A DNA stretch of 64,000 nucleotides from IMGVR_UViG_3300036770_004143:206076-270075, one strand, 5' to 3'. Shown: positions 1 to 8,159, counted from the stretch's first letter. Made by a program: numbers and translations. The notes: generated from the sequence alone by a model not told the origin.

Positions 1-250
1 CTTTCATCTTTCCAGCAAATGAAAAAGATTGACAAGGTGAACCCCCCATTATCAAATCAATTTGGGGTAAATCACTTGCCTTAATCTTTGATACATCTCC
101 CAACTGGATTGTGTTTGGGAAGTTATGTTGTGTAACCTTTATTGAATTCTTTTCAATCTCTGATGCAAAATATTTATCATATTCAACACCAACACGATTT
201 AAGGCAATCTGCCCGCAACTCATTCCATCAAATAAACTTAATACATTCAT
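1..250 (-). CDS. DNA cytosine-5 methyltransferase, N-terminal part (runs off window edge)
   Basis: Manual translation from ATG at 250: MNVLSLFDGMSCGQIALNRVG...DLIMGGSPCQSFSFAGKMK; motif I (FxGxxxG-like) and catalytic PCQ motif IV. Confidence 0.9.
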   Translation of the reverse strand, partial: MNVLSLFDGMSCGQIALNRVGVEYDKYFASEIEKNSIKVTQHNFPNTIQLGDVSKIKASDLPQIDLIMGGSPCQSFSFAGKMK

Positions 251-264
251 AGTTGTTTTGTTTG

Positions 265-338
265 TAATCCTGGTTGGATTTGAACCAACGATCCCCTAAT
301 TAAAAGTTAGGTGCTTTAAACCACTAAGCTACAGGATT
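265..338 (-). tRNA. trnK: tRNA-Lys(UUU)
   Basis: Acceptor AATCCTG/CAGGATT, anticodon arm CCTAA-CTTTTAA-TTAGG, T loop TTCAAAT. Confidence 0.9.
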
Positions 339-349
339 ATTAAAAATTG

Positions 350-420
350 TTACCACAACTGGATTTGAACCAATACTAACAGAATCAAAATCTGTGGTGC
401 TACCTTTACACCATGTGGCA
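350..420 (-). tRNA. trnQ: tRNA-Gln(UUG)
   Basis: Acceptor TGCCACA/TGTGGTA, anticodon arm ACAGA-TTTTGAT-TCTGT, T loop TTCAAAT. Confidence 0.9.
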
Positions 421-429
421 ATTTAAAAA

Positions 430-625
430 GAAATAAGTTTTTTGTCCCCGTTGAACATCATGATCCAGTTTTACCTGGATGGTTGGATTTTCCTAGTTGC
501 TACCAAATTGGCCACAGTAGCCCATAGTTATATCAAACTCTCGGTCACTTGCTAATATATCGCGAATCAAGCAAGTTAAACCTTACATATACCCTGGGGT
601 TTCACCAGAGTCATCACTTATTTTC
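430..625 (-). ncRNA. candidate multi-helix ncRNA inside the tRNA cluster
   Basis: Ends pair (AAATAAGT/ACTTATTT) and enclose hairpins CTCTGG/CCAGGG, ACTTGCT/AGCAAGT, GCTAC/GTAGC, ATCCAG/CTGGAT; no ORF in the track. Confidence 0.4.
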
Positions 626-633
626 ATCTTTTG

Positions 634-703
634 AGGTTAGTGTTAGAATTGTACTAACTCTATGAGATTTGCAGTCTCACTGGTCTCCATGACCAAACTA
701 ACC
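634..703 (-). tRNA. trnC: tRNA-Cys(GCA)
   Basis: Acceptor GGTTAGT/ACTAACC, U73, anticodon arm TGAGA-CTGCAAA-TCTCA; T loop variant TACAATT. Confidence 0.85.
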
Positions 704-708
704 ATAAT

Positions 709-787
709 TGGGTGTTTGATGGGATTCGAACCCACATTTAATATGAGTCACAATCATACCCCAAAGGCCAATACGGGTTCCAAACAC
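709..787 (-). tRNA. trnH: tRNA-His(GUG) with encoded G-1, C73 and CCA
   Basis: Anticodon arm TATGA-TTGTGAC-TCATA, T loop TTCGAAT, 3' end TCAAACA-C-CCA. Confidence 0.9.
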
Positions 788-789
788 AG

Positions 790-860
790 TGGTCTTATAG
801 GGATTTGAACCCCAACTTCAGCATCCGTAGTGCTGTGTGCTGTCATTACACAATAAGACC
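790..860 (-). tRNA. trnR: tRNA-Arg(ACG)
   Basis: Acceptor GGTCTTA/TAAGACC, anticodon arm CAGCA-CTACGGA-TGCTG. Confidence 0.9.
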
Positions 861-867
861 AAAATCA

Positions 868-941
868 ATCAAGCATTCTACTCCCAGCCCCGAGGAATTG
901 TATCTAACTTAGCCCATCTCACCGCTGTGTGGGTACTTGAC
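868..941 (-). ncRNA. small GC-rich structured element
   Basis: Closing helix GTCAAGTA/TGCTTGAT and inner CCCA/TGGG hairpin, between the MTase stop and tRNA-Arg. Confidence 0.3.
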
Positions 942-954
942 CTTTTGTATTTTC

Positions 955-1743
955 CTAATTCAATTCAGGTATTTGTTCTTTTAAATACTTATAAATCTTC
1001 CAAGTTTGAATTTTAGGTGAAGAAATAAATGGATATAAATTCTTCCAGTCTGTCTTTTTCATCACATCTAAAACTCTTTCTTGGTATGTTTTATTGTTTA
1101 TAATCACATAATTTTCCTGACAAAATGTTCCTATTTCCTTCACTTCTTTTCCAATACTTGCCCCATATGTATTCATAGCAAAATCAAAAGTTTCAGGTTT
1201 TTTATATGTTCCACCTCTTCTATATTCACCAACAAATACATCATTTAACTTGTAATCTATTGCTTTTTTGTTAATCCCATTTTTAGGCCTTTGGTACACA
1301 TTAAAACAACATAATAATTCAATACCACTATATTTAATTAAAGGCAACACTTCTGAATGGATTAAATCAAACTCATACATTTGTTGATTATTGTTATATT
1401 GACTAACAGGTAATATAAAAGCAATATAATCACCCATTTTAGCTGCTTGTTTATAAAAAGCAACACTCAAAGTATTCCTTGTCCCAAATGGGGGGTTTCC
1501 AATAAACAACCTACCTTTCTTATAAGGTAGTTCAAGTTTTAGAAAATCTTGTTTAATAATACTTTTATGTTCAGGCTCTAAATCATAAGCAATGCAATTG
1601 GGTATCTGTAAACTAAAACTACCTCCACCAGCAGCTGGTTCAATTGTTTCAGTTATTTCAAATCCTAGATTATTTACAACATCAATACAATATTTTGCAA
1701 GTTCTTTTGGTGTATAATATTTGTCTAAATTTATTTTTGACAT
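955..1743 (-). CDS. DNA adenine (N6) methyltransferase
   Basis: SAM-binding IEPAAGGGSF and catalytic IGNPPFG motifs; N-terminal YYTP. Confidence 0.85.
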   Translation of the reverse strand: MSKINLDKYYTPKELAKYCIDVVNNLGFEITETIEPAAGGGSFSLQIPNCIAYDLEPEHKSIIKQDFLKLELPYKKGRLFIGNPPFGTRNTLSVAFYKQAAKMGDYIAFILPVSQYNNNQQMYEFDLIHSEVLPLIKYSGIELLCCFNVYQRPKNGINKKAIDYKLNDVFVGEYRRGGTYKKPETFDFAMNTYGASIGKEVKEIGTFCQENYVIINNKTYQERVLDVMKKTDWKNLYPFISSPKIQTWKIYKYLKEQIPELN

Positions 1744-1770
1744 GATTGTTTTTTTTTAAAAGTAAAACAG

Positions 1771-1900
1771 AAAGTGTGGGATTCAAACACCGCACATGAT
1801 ACCGACCATGATACCAACCATGATACTTTTATCTTTTGCGTAGGTGGAAGATTCAAACCATACATGATACCATACATGATACCAATTACACCACACCTAC
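1771..1900 (-). pseudogene. two decayed tRNA-like remnants with tandem TGGTATCATG repeats
   Basis: 1838-1900 has acceptor GTAGGTG/CACCTAC, D-like TGGTGTAATTGGTATCAT and T-like GGTTTGAATC but no anticodon arm; 1771-1829 is similar with three 12-nt units. Confidence 0.5.
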
Positions 1901-1907
1901 TTTAAAA

Positions 1908-2159
1908 TCACTTGGATTTTTTGCCATCCAATTCTGTAAGTTTGTTTTCAAACTCTACAAGCCTTCTGTCAAATCTATTCTCAACCTCATCTATGATATT
2001 ATAAATATCCCTGTGGAAGTTTGAATTAGCATGTTGTTTGTCTTTTAATTCATCTGTGATTGCGTTCACTTTGGCTTTAAGATAAATAACACCAGTAAAT
2101 GACCAAAATAATGTTACGATAATTGTGGTGACAATTGCACCTAATGCAAATTCTATCAT
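1908..2159 (-). CDS. small membrane protein
   Basis: N-terminal hydrophobic helix FALGAIVTTIIVTLFWSF followed by a charged coil. Confidence 0.65.
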   Translation of the reverse strand: MIEFALGAIVTTIIVTLFWSFTGVIYLKAKVNAITDELKDKQHANSNFHRDIYNIIDEVENRFDRRLVEFENKLTELDGKKSK

Positions 2160-2500
2160 AGTTCTGTTTTTAATTTACTTAAATCTTCATTTAATCTTCT
2201 AATAAATGATTCCTCACCATCATCACCAGATACCAACCAATCAATCCTTTGTGCATAAATATATGCAATCTGTAAATGAGTTATTCCTTTTTTAAATTCT
2301 TCAATAACTTCATCTGGATATTTATGCCAGAACATATCTTCTGGATACTTATTGAAATAATCATCATCAAAAGCACCCCAAGCACCATCTATAATTTCTT
2401 GTTCTGTTTTAACTCTACCATTATTTGCAATCAAATCTTCAATAGAATCAATCATATTCTTTATCTTAGATTGGTCATAGTCAAAAAATCCTCCAGACAT
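2156..2500 (-). CDS. hypothetical phage protein (start likely MSGGFFDY)
   Basis: ORF track; ATG at 2500 gives MSGGFFDYDQ...AQRIDWLVSGDDGEESF. Confidence 0.7.
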   Translation of the reverse strand: MSGGFFDYDQSKIKNMIDSIEDLIANNGRVKTEQEIIDGAWGAFDDDYFNKYPEDMFWHKYPDEVIEEFKKGITHLQIAYIYAQRIDWLVSGDDGEESFIRRLNEDLSKLKTEL

Positions 2501-2670
2501 ATTTGTTGCTTTTTTTTGTTTAGTAATTAGGATAGTATTTGAATTAATGCCCCTAGTAATGCAATCACACCAAATATATAAACAATCATTGGGTCTAATG
2601 GATAACACCCTTCAACCATTACTTGATGTAGTTCTTTTAAAAATCTTTTCATTTTTTTGATTTTAGTTAG

Positions 2671-2753
2671 TGAGGGTAATAGGATTTGAACCTATTCAGA
2701 CATAATCATTTGATTTACAGTCAAACCCAGCTCTCCCACTCTGGCGTACCCCC
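2671..2753 (-). tRNA. trnY: tRNA-Tyr(GUA)
   Basis: Acceptor GGGGGTA/TACCCTC, anticodon arm TTTGA-CTGTAAA-TCAAA, long variable region. Confidence 0.9.
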
Positions 2754-2770
2754 TAGTTTAAATTTGTTTG

Positions 2771-2842
2771 AGCCAATAGAGGGATTTGAACCCCCAACCC
2801 CATCTTTACAAAAGACGTGTTCTACCGTTGAACTATATTGGC
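2771..2842 (-). tRNA. trnT: tRNA-Thr(UGU)
   Basis: Acceptor GCCAATA/TATTGGC, anticodon arm CGTCT-TTTGTAA-AGATG. Confidence 0.9.
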
Positions 2843-2846
2843 AATA

Positions 2847-3248
2847 TTACAATTTTATCTCGAACCTTTTCCGCATTTTATCAATTGCCTCGTCTGGCAC
2901 ATTGTGAACATTCTTCCCCCCATGCCTATTCTCAACAACTATGGAATAAACTCTATACCCATATTTTTCTGCTAACTCATAGTAGGGCTTCATTTCCCAC
3001 TCTTGGGTGAATGTGTTAGATACAACAATTCTATCAACATTATACCCAGAATTATCCACCTCCATCCACTTTCTAACTTCTTCTCTGCACCAAGCATGAG
3101 CCTCTTTCAATTTTGATGCATCAAATTTATATTCACCATACTGCATAAAGTATCTATCTGCTTCAACCAATGATCCACCCAACTGGGCTGCCAATGTTGA
3201 TTTACCTGAACCAGGTAGTCCTCTTAATAAGAAAAGTTCCTTTGCCAT
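2847..3248 (-). CDS. P-loop polynucleotide-kinase-like protein (AAA_33/N4BP2-like)
   Basis: LLRGLPGSGKST Walker A, EAD, IVVSNTF, HNVP motifs. Confidence 0.8.
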   Translation of the reverse strand: MAKELFLLRGLPGSGKSTLAAQLGGSLVEADRYFMQYGEYKFDASKLKEAHAWCREEVRKWMEVDNSGYNVDRIVVSNTFTQEWEMKPYYELAEKYGYRVYSIVVENRHGGKNVHNVPDEAIDKMRKRFEIKL

Positions 3249-3262
3249 AATCTTCTTTTTAT

Positions 3263-3760
3263 TTAATAAACATTAAAAGGTAAGTTTGTGTTCAACACAG
3301 TATGACCTTCTTTTTTAACTTTTGAACAAAAAGTTCTCAACATTTTAATAGCCTCTTCATTCTTTATTAAATCAACCATTGAAAGTCTCTTGCCACTTCC
3401 AGCATTAACAAAAGTCTGTATGGTATATTTTGTTGTATCTCCATAAAGAATTCCCTTCTTTTCATCTTTCTTTATTGCTTGATTTGTTAACCAATTTTGG
3501 AACAAATCATCAACAACCCACTCCAATTTATTACCATAACCTTCTATGCCTAGGCTATCACAATATTCTTCCATCTTTTTGAAAGCCTCTTTGGTTTTGG
3601 CTTCACCATCCCAAAGGTTGCAATCAGTACTCCCACCAGTTCCCCTATTTATACAATATCCAATTTTTTTGTTATCAAAAAAAATATCTGCTTGGAATGC
3701 ATAAGTTTCTTCTGAAAACTTTGCAGAATATTTCACATTTTTTAACTTAATTCTTTCCAT
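3263..3760 (-). CDS. hypothetical protein
   Basis: 165-aa ORF downstream of a Bacteroidota-type promoter. Confidence 0.7.
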   Translation of the reverse strand: MERIKLKNVKYSAKFSEETYAFQADIFFDNKKIGYCINRGTGGSTDCNLWDGEAKTKEAFKKMEEYCDSLGIEGYGNKLEWVVDDLFQNWLTNQAIKKDEKKGILYGDTTKYTIQTFVNAGSGKRLSMVDLIKNEEAIKMLRTFCSKVKKEGHTVLNTNLPFNVY

Positions 3761-3784
3761 TGTTCTTTTGGTTTGATTACCTCA

Positions 3785-3816
3785 CAAAGATAAACTAAAG
3801 TTTGCAGAAGTCCAAA
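3785..3816 (-). promoter_or_regulatory. Bacteroidota sigma70 promoter
   Basis: TTTG-N20-TATCTTTG. Confidence 0.75.
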
Positions 3817-3843
3817 TGTAATGATTATTTTTTTTTCAATTAT

Positions 3844-4443
3844 TTAATCTAAACTATTAGGAAAATACAACAAAGTTGGATTACGTTTCTGAATGTCAAC
3901 CTGGGGATATGATTTCCTAAACATATCAACATCAAATCTTTTTGTGATTAAATGATAACCACTTTTAGTTGGGATTACTGCTTCAACCTTATTACCCCCT
4001 GGTCTAGTTTCATCAAGTATAGCAATAGTCTTTGCTAATTCTTTTTCATCTTTATCATCAATATCAACAATCCATCTATTCTCCATTCTTTTTACCTTCC
4101 CAACAACACTCTCAAATAAATTTTTCTGATTATGTTGTCCATTTTTGATTCTTTCAGCCAAAAGCATCATCATATCCAAGGCCACATCTTTATGGTTCTG
4201 TTTTTGAATGTGAATGTAGGTTCTTGCTTTGAAGAGTTCTGATAACTGCATAATCTCTTCATATTTGCTATCAAGATAATCCAGGCTATCAATACAATAC
4301 GTTTTAATGGTTCTGGATGACTGGTGATTATCTCTCTCCTCTTTTGGTTGATCCTTCTTTCTTTTAAGAATATATAACATATAGAAATCACCCTCTTCTG
4401 TGAAGTTTAGTAATGGTTTGATTATGTCCAGGTTGTTTATCAT
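3844..4443 (-). CDS. conserved phage protein, AEP (primase-polymerase)-like motifs
   Basis: WIVDIDD (DxD) and TKSGYHLI motifs; start moved to 4443 because the promoter overlaps 4467. Confidence 0.55.
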   Translation of the reverse strand: MINNLDIIKPLLNFTEEGDFYMLYILKRKKDQPKEERDNHQSSRTIKTYCIDSLDYLDSKYEEIMQLSELFKARTYIHIQKQNHKDVALDMMMLLAERIKNGQHNQKNLFESVVGKVKRMENRWIVDIDDKDEKELAKTIAILDETRPGGNKVEAVIPTKSGYHLITKRFDVDMFRKSYPQVDIQKRNPTLLYFPNSLD

Positions 4444-4464
4444 GTTTTTGTTTTTTTGATAAAG

Positions 4465-4496
4465 CAAAGATAAACCTAAAAACTGGTAAATGCAAA
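4465..4496 (-). promoter_or_regulatory. Bacteroidota sigma70 promoter
   Basis: TTTG-N20-TATCTTTG. Confidence 0.75.
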
Positions 4497-4501
4497 TCTA
4501 T

Positions 4502-4984
4502 TTAAAACTTTTTCATTTTGTAATGAATGGCAATGAATTTCTCATGATTTATATCATTTTCATCACATATTTTAATGATTTCTCTTAATTTACCACTAAC
4601 TTCTGAAACAACTTCACCTAATTTGTTTACCTCATCAATTAAGTTATCAATCTCTTCTTCTATGCTGGTATAACCCCCCTCTTCCCAATCAACATCATAC
4701 AATGTTTCATCATCATCTAATGTGATATATAGAAAGGCACTAAATTTACCACTATTATGTTCAATTTGAATATAAGATGCCACATCCATTGTATATAACT
4801 CAAAAAGAACCACATTTGGTTGTTCATTTTCAATAGAAAACTGGATGCCCAGATTTTTTAGGTGTTCACTTACATTTTCAATAAACTCTGCACTATTTGC
4901 CATAACTTTACTGTCCTCAACCAAATTTGTTGGTCTGGATTGAATAAGTTGTTTTAACCTATCAATATTTTCTTGTAATTTCAT
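4502..4984 (-). CDS. hypothetical protein with MKLQENIDRLKQLI leader
   Basis: ORF track; upstream ATATTTAT motif. Confidence 0.7.
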   Translation of the reverse strand: MKLQENIDRLKQLIQSRPTNLVEDSKVMANSAEFIENVSEHLKNLGIQFSIENEQPNVVLFELYTMDVASYIQIEHNSGKFSAFLYITLDDDETLYDVDWEEGGYTSIEEEIDNLIDEVNKLGEVVSEVSGKLREIIKICDENDINHEKFIAIHYKMKKF

Positions 4985-5011
4985 ATAGTTCTTTTACAAT
5001 AAATATATCCA

Positions 5012-5248
5012 TTAACTAATTAAATCAAATGATACATTATTACTATCCATCAATTCATGTAAGGTTGTCCTAACTTGAACCAAAGCATCATGTACCTCCT
5101 GGCTCATTGTGTCTGGTGCATACTTTGTCTCTGACCTCAAGTGTTGATCCAGTTCATATAAAGTCATCATTATGTCCCTACCTTTTGCAGCCAACATAAA
5201 TTGCTCCATATCCTCTGGTAGATTAAATTCCAATATTGCTTTTGCCAT
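5012..5248 (-). CDS. hypothetical protein
   Basis: MAKAILEFNLPED, 78 aa. Confidence 0.7.
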   Translation of the reverse strand: MAKAILEFNLPEDMEQFMLAAKGRDIMMTLYELDQHLRSETKYAPDTMSQEVHDALVQVRTTLHELMDSNNVSFDLIS

Positions 5249-5253
5249 CTTAT

Positions 5254-5436
5254 TTAGTTTTTAATGAATTTATAAAGTTCAAGTAATAATAACCCAGCTT
5301 CAGCCTTGGTTAGAAACATCTTACCCCTATCATGATTGATATAGGTATGAACAACAAGGATTTCCTCTGAACCATTTGATTTATCAATGGTCACTACTGG
5401 TGCTTCAACATAAATTTCATTGGGTTCTGTAATCAT
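5254..5436 (-). CDS. hypothetical protein
   Basis: 60-aa ORF downstream of the TATCTTTG box at 5456-5463. Confidence 0.55.
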   Translation of the reverse strand: MITEPNEIYVEAPVVTIDKSNGSEEILVVHTYINHDRGKMFLTKAEAGLLLLELYKFIKN

Positions 5437-5474
5437 TTTATTCTTGTTTAGACCTCAAAGATAGTAAAATACTT

Positions 5475-5636
5475 TTAATAATCCCAGGTAGATTTATCTA
5501 CTTTTTTACCATTCATAATGCAATCAAACACATAATCCCATTTTTGATTTTTAGTGATATAATCCACTAAAATTTGGCTAAACCCCAAGGAAGTGGATCC
5601 GTTTTCTGTTTCTAATTTAATGTCTAATATTTTCAT
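5475..5636 (-). CDS. hypothetical protein (MKILDIKLE...)
   Basis: Shortened from the track ORF to avoid overlap with the upstream gene. Confidence 0.45.
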   Translation of the reverse strand: MKILDIKLETENGSTSLGFSQILVDYITKNQKWDYVFDCIMNGKKVDKSTWDY

Positions 5637-5646
5637 AATTTTTGTT

Positions 5647-5970
5647 TTAATATAAGTCTTCTGAAAACAATCTGTTGCCCCTAATTTGGGATAAATCAAT
5701 TACCTGGTTTTCTTGTAATGCAATTTGAAGCCCCTCTTCACGGCTAACAAACCTATTTTTTGATGTCAAAAACCCTTGTTCATTTTCACCACTTTCAGCA
5801 TCTCTTAACCCTGTAATAGCATATTTTGTGTAAATACATTGCCCATGCCTATGGCCACTAAAAACAATACCCCTATCAAGGTTTGCTGGAAGATAAACCT
5901 CAATTGGTAATTCCTTTTTAAGTTCAATGTTTTTATACCAAATAGCAGCACATATTATTTTCTCATTCAT
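5647..5970 (-). CDS. conserved hypothetical phage protein
   Basis: ICAAIWY...GHRHGQC...EQGFLTSKNRFVSREE. Confidence 0.7.
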   Translation of the reverse strand: MNEKIICAAIWYKNIELKKELPIEVYLPANLDRGIVFSGHRHGQCIYTKYAITGLRDAESGENEQGFLTSKNRFVSREEGLQIALQENQVIDLSQIRGNRLFSEDLY

Positions 5971-6514
5971 GTTTTTGTTTATATTCTTTAATAAAAGTTT
6001 CTAAATCTTGTGGTATATCACCGTAATTATGTAATTCATATGCAAAGTTTTCAACCCATTCTTCTTCATCACCATATTCTAAATATTCATAACCAAATAA
6101 ATCATATTCTAATTCACATATTGCATGTCCAAGTTCATGAAATATTGTTGTTTCAACTGTCACCCATAATGGTACATTATATTCTTTAGAACCTTCTAAA
6201 ATATCCTTTTCTGATAAAATAACTATTGGTATTGATGAACTTGTACCACTTCTAAATCTACCTAAAGCACCTTCTCCAATATTATTGACAAATATTATTC
6301 TAATATCCTTGAATAAATCTATTTTATTTTTAAATATTTCAATTGCTTCCCTAGAAAACTTAACTATATCAGAATGTACTTTGGTTATATCTTTAACCCC
6401 ATAGTCATTAATAATATGGTTATAGTCATCACTTTCTTTATTTAAAAGAAATTCAATATCCTCATTCAAAAAATCTTGAATTGTGGTTTTAATAATTCTT
6501 CTCAAATCTTTCAT
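5963..6514 (-). CDS. HExxH zinc metallopeptidase-like protein
   Basis: TIFHELGHAICE...EEEWVENFA; leader ending FLNE. Confidence 0.65.
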   Translation of the reverse strand: MKDLRRIIKTTIQDFLNEDIEFLLNKESDDYNHIINDYGVKDITKVHSDIVKFSREAIEIFKNKIDLFKDIRIIFVNNIGEGALGRFRSGTSSSIPIVILSEKDILEGSKEYNVPLWVTVETTIFHELGHAICELEYDLFGYEYLEYGDEEEWVENFAYELHNYGDIPQDLETFIKEYKQKHE

Positions 6515-6554
6515 ATTTTATTTTATATATAAATATTAAGTTTTAAAAGTTTTG

Positions 6555-6640
6555 TGGTCAGGATAGGATTCGAACCTATATTGTTGAATTACCCAGCTTC
6601 AACTGCTTAAGTATAGCGTTTACCATTCCGCCACCTGACT
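6555..6640 (-). ncRNA. tRNA-like RNA A (Leu-type scaffold, no anticodon stem)
   Basis: AGTCAGG-TG-GCGGAATGGTAAACGC ... GTTGAA/TTCAAC arm ... ATAGG-TTCGAAT-CCTAT-CCTGACC-A. Confidence 0.65.
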
Positions 6641-6840
6641 AATTAACACCCTAATTTATCCAACTTACAGATGTTATGGCTGTCCCCCCACAGAAGGGGG
6701 TTAGGAATAGTCATTTTGTCCTGATGAGGTCGAGGTGACATCCTCTGACGTTCTCCCTATACGTCAATGTACGTGCCCATACAGTAATCACTCTGTTTCT
6801 TCATATTGGGCATACTATCTGGTGATTAACCAGAACGTAT
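6641..6840 (-). ncRNA. candidate structured RNA downstream of the HNH gene
   Basis: Six helices: TCTGG/CCAGA, TGCCCA/TGGGCA, ACAG/CTGT, TGACGT/ACGTCA, GAGG/CCTC, CCCCC/GGGGG. Confidence 0.4.
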
Positions 6841-6842
6841 CT

Positions 6843-7256
6843 TTAGAGTAATAGTTTTTTATCTTTCCAATTTTTATAGTGTATAGATTTTAAGTTTTTA
6901 CATTCATCACATCTACAACCTCTATTATACGCTCCTAAACTTGGGTGTTTTTTTAATTTTTCAATATTAATTCCACCTAACAATTTTATTTTACCTTTGT
7001 CAAATCCATCTTGCCAATTATCTTTTGGAGTGCCTAAAAATAAATGTTCAGGATTAACGCATTTTCTATTATCGCATTTATGACAGACATATAATCCTTC
7101 TGGAATTTCACCATAATGTAATATATATGACATTCTATGGGAATCAACTGTTTTTTTATTTATTTTAAACACTCCGTAGCCAGTTTCACCCCTCAAACAG
7201 GCAGTCCACAACCAACAATAATCTGTTTTAATTACTTTGTCAAAAAATCTTTTCAT
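6843..7256 (-). CDS. HNH homing endonuclease (HNH_3-like)
   Basis: CWLW...GYG...SHRMSY...VCHKCDNRKCVNPEHLFLGTPKDN. Confidence 0.9.
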   Translation of the reverse strand: MKRFFDKVIKTDYCWLWTACLRGETGYGVFKINKKTVDSHRMSYILHYGEIPEGLYVCHKCDNRKCVNPEHLFLGTPKDNWQDGFDKGKIKLLGGINIEKLKKHPSLGAYNRGCRCDECKNLKSIHYKNWKDKKLLL

Positions 7257-7298
7257 GTTTATTTATTTTAGCAATAAATATACAAACTTTTTTAAAAA

Positions 7299-7412
7299 AA
7301 GCAAGGGCAGGATTTGATACCTACAAGCTAGGCTCAACAGCCCAGAACAGTTTTGTTTAACGTCAGCATCCTTCTGATTTCTGTTTTGCGTCTACCATTC
7401 CGCCACCTTGCT
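7299..7412 (-). ncRNA. tRNA-like RNA B (30-nt insert in place of the anticodon loop)
   Basis: Acceptor AGCAAGG/CCTTGCT, Leu-type D arm, stem AACAG/CTGTT around the insert, variable arm TGGGCT/AGCCTA. Confidence 0.65.
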
Positions 7413-7445
7413 TTGCTTGTCTTTCCAGGCTGTCAACAACTTATA
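7413..7445 (-). repeat. TATAAGT-N4-GACAGCCTGGAAAGACAAGCAA leader motif, copy 1
   Basis: Near-identical to 8805-8837; both lie just 5' of a tRNA-like RNA. Confidence 0.6.
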
Positions 7446-7484
7446 TACCAGCTTTGTACATCAATCACTAGGTTGTCAGCTTTG

Positions 7485-7582
7485 TAACAAGAATAGGATT
7501 CGAACCTATATTTAGGATTATTTAATCGGGATCCATACCGTACCTACCTTTCGGCGTGTCTAACCAGTTCCACCACCTTGCT
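7485..7582 (-). ncRNA. tRNA-like RNA C
   Basis: Acceptor AGCAAGG/TCTTGTT, D arm GTGGAACTGGTTAGACAC, anticodon arm replaced by GCC-GAAA-GGT, canonical T arm. Confidence 0.65.
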
Positions 7583-7829
7583 ATAAATCTTTTTGAATAT
7601 CTAATTTACATTTTTGGCGATCTGATTTGGAGAACATCCTTTTGATATTCTTCTTTACCTTATCACCCCAAAAAGAAGCCCATTTTCCTTTACCAGAAGG
7701 ATTCATTTGTGGTTTCATATCTTCAATAATTTTGTTAATTCTAGTTATTAATACATTTTGACCAATGAAAAATCCTACCCAAAAAGTTAAGATGAATACT
7801 GATATTAAATAAATTACTTCTATAATCAT
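7581..7829 (-). CDS. small membrane protein
   Basis: N-terminal TM helix; its TAG overlaps the 5' end of RNA C. Confidence 0.6.
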   Translation of the reverse strand: MIIEVIYLISVFILTFWVGFFIGQNVLITRINKIIEDMKPQMNPSGKGKWASFWGDKVKKNIKRMFSKSDRQKCKLDIQKDL

Positions 7830-7851
7830 AATATTATTTTTTTAAAAAAGG

Positions 7852-7979
7852 TAACAATGACAGGATTCGAACCTGTATGATGTTTTATATCTGTTCCAAC
7901 AGTGTGCATCAGTTGTATCTACATCTCACATCACTTAAAATTAAGTTAATTAGCGTCTAACCAATTCCGCCACCTTGCT
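7852..7979 (-). ncRNA. tRNA-like RNA D (large variable-arm insert)
   Basis: Acceptor AGCAAGG/CATTGTT, ACTTA-ATTT-TAAGT mini arm, TGATGT/ACATCA arm enclosing about 44 nt, ACAGG-TTCGAAT-CCTGT. Confidence 0.65.
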
Positions 7980-7988
7980 ACCATACCT

Positions 7989-8020
7989 CAAAGATACATC
8001 AAGATTTTTAGAAAACCAAA
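7989..8020 (-). promoter_or_regulatory. Bacteroidota sigma70 promoter driving RNA D
   Basis: TTTG-N20-TATCTTTG ending 10 nt before the RNA D 5' end. Confidence 0.75.
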
Positions 8021-8046
8021 TCTATTTTTAACTTATTTTGTTTTTG

Positions 8047-8159
8047 TAGCAAGAGTGAGATTCGAACTCACACGGTGGATTTTATAAGGTTATTTTCTCT
8101 GTTTTACGTTGCAACATCCACCCAACCCTTAAGCGTCTATCCAATTTCGCCACCTTGCT
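8047..8159 (-). ncRNA. tRNA-like RNA E
   Basis: Acceptor AGCAAGG/TCTTGCT, D arm, no anticodon stem, GGTGGAT/ATCCACC arm with 35-nt insert, GTGAG-TTCGAAT-CTCAC. Confidence 0.65.

Noticed and set aside
111-299. 62-aa plus-strand ORF from the track
   Set aside because: Antisense to the C5-methyltransferase and overlapping tRNA-Lys
6721-6755. Plus-strand CTGATGAG followed by a stem, suggesting a hammerhead ribozyme
   Set aside because: The stem is followed by GTTC rather than the essential GAAA, and no stem I/III or cleavage triplet was found
6641-7298. Group I intron carrying the HNH gene
   Set aside because: Flanking tRNA-like units are each complete, no split exon is evident, and no P7/R-S core was recognised
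7852-8159. tmRNA identity for the long tRNA-like elements
   Set aside because: No G3-U70 alanine determinant, far shorter than tmRNA, and no tag reading frame
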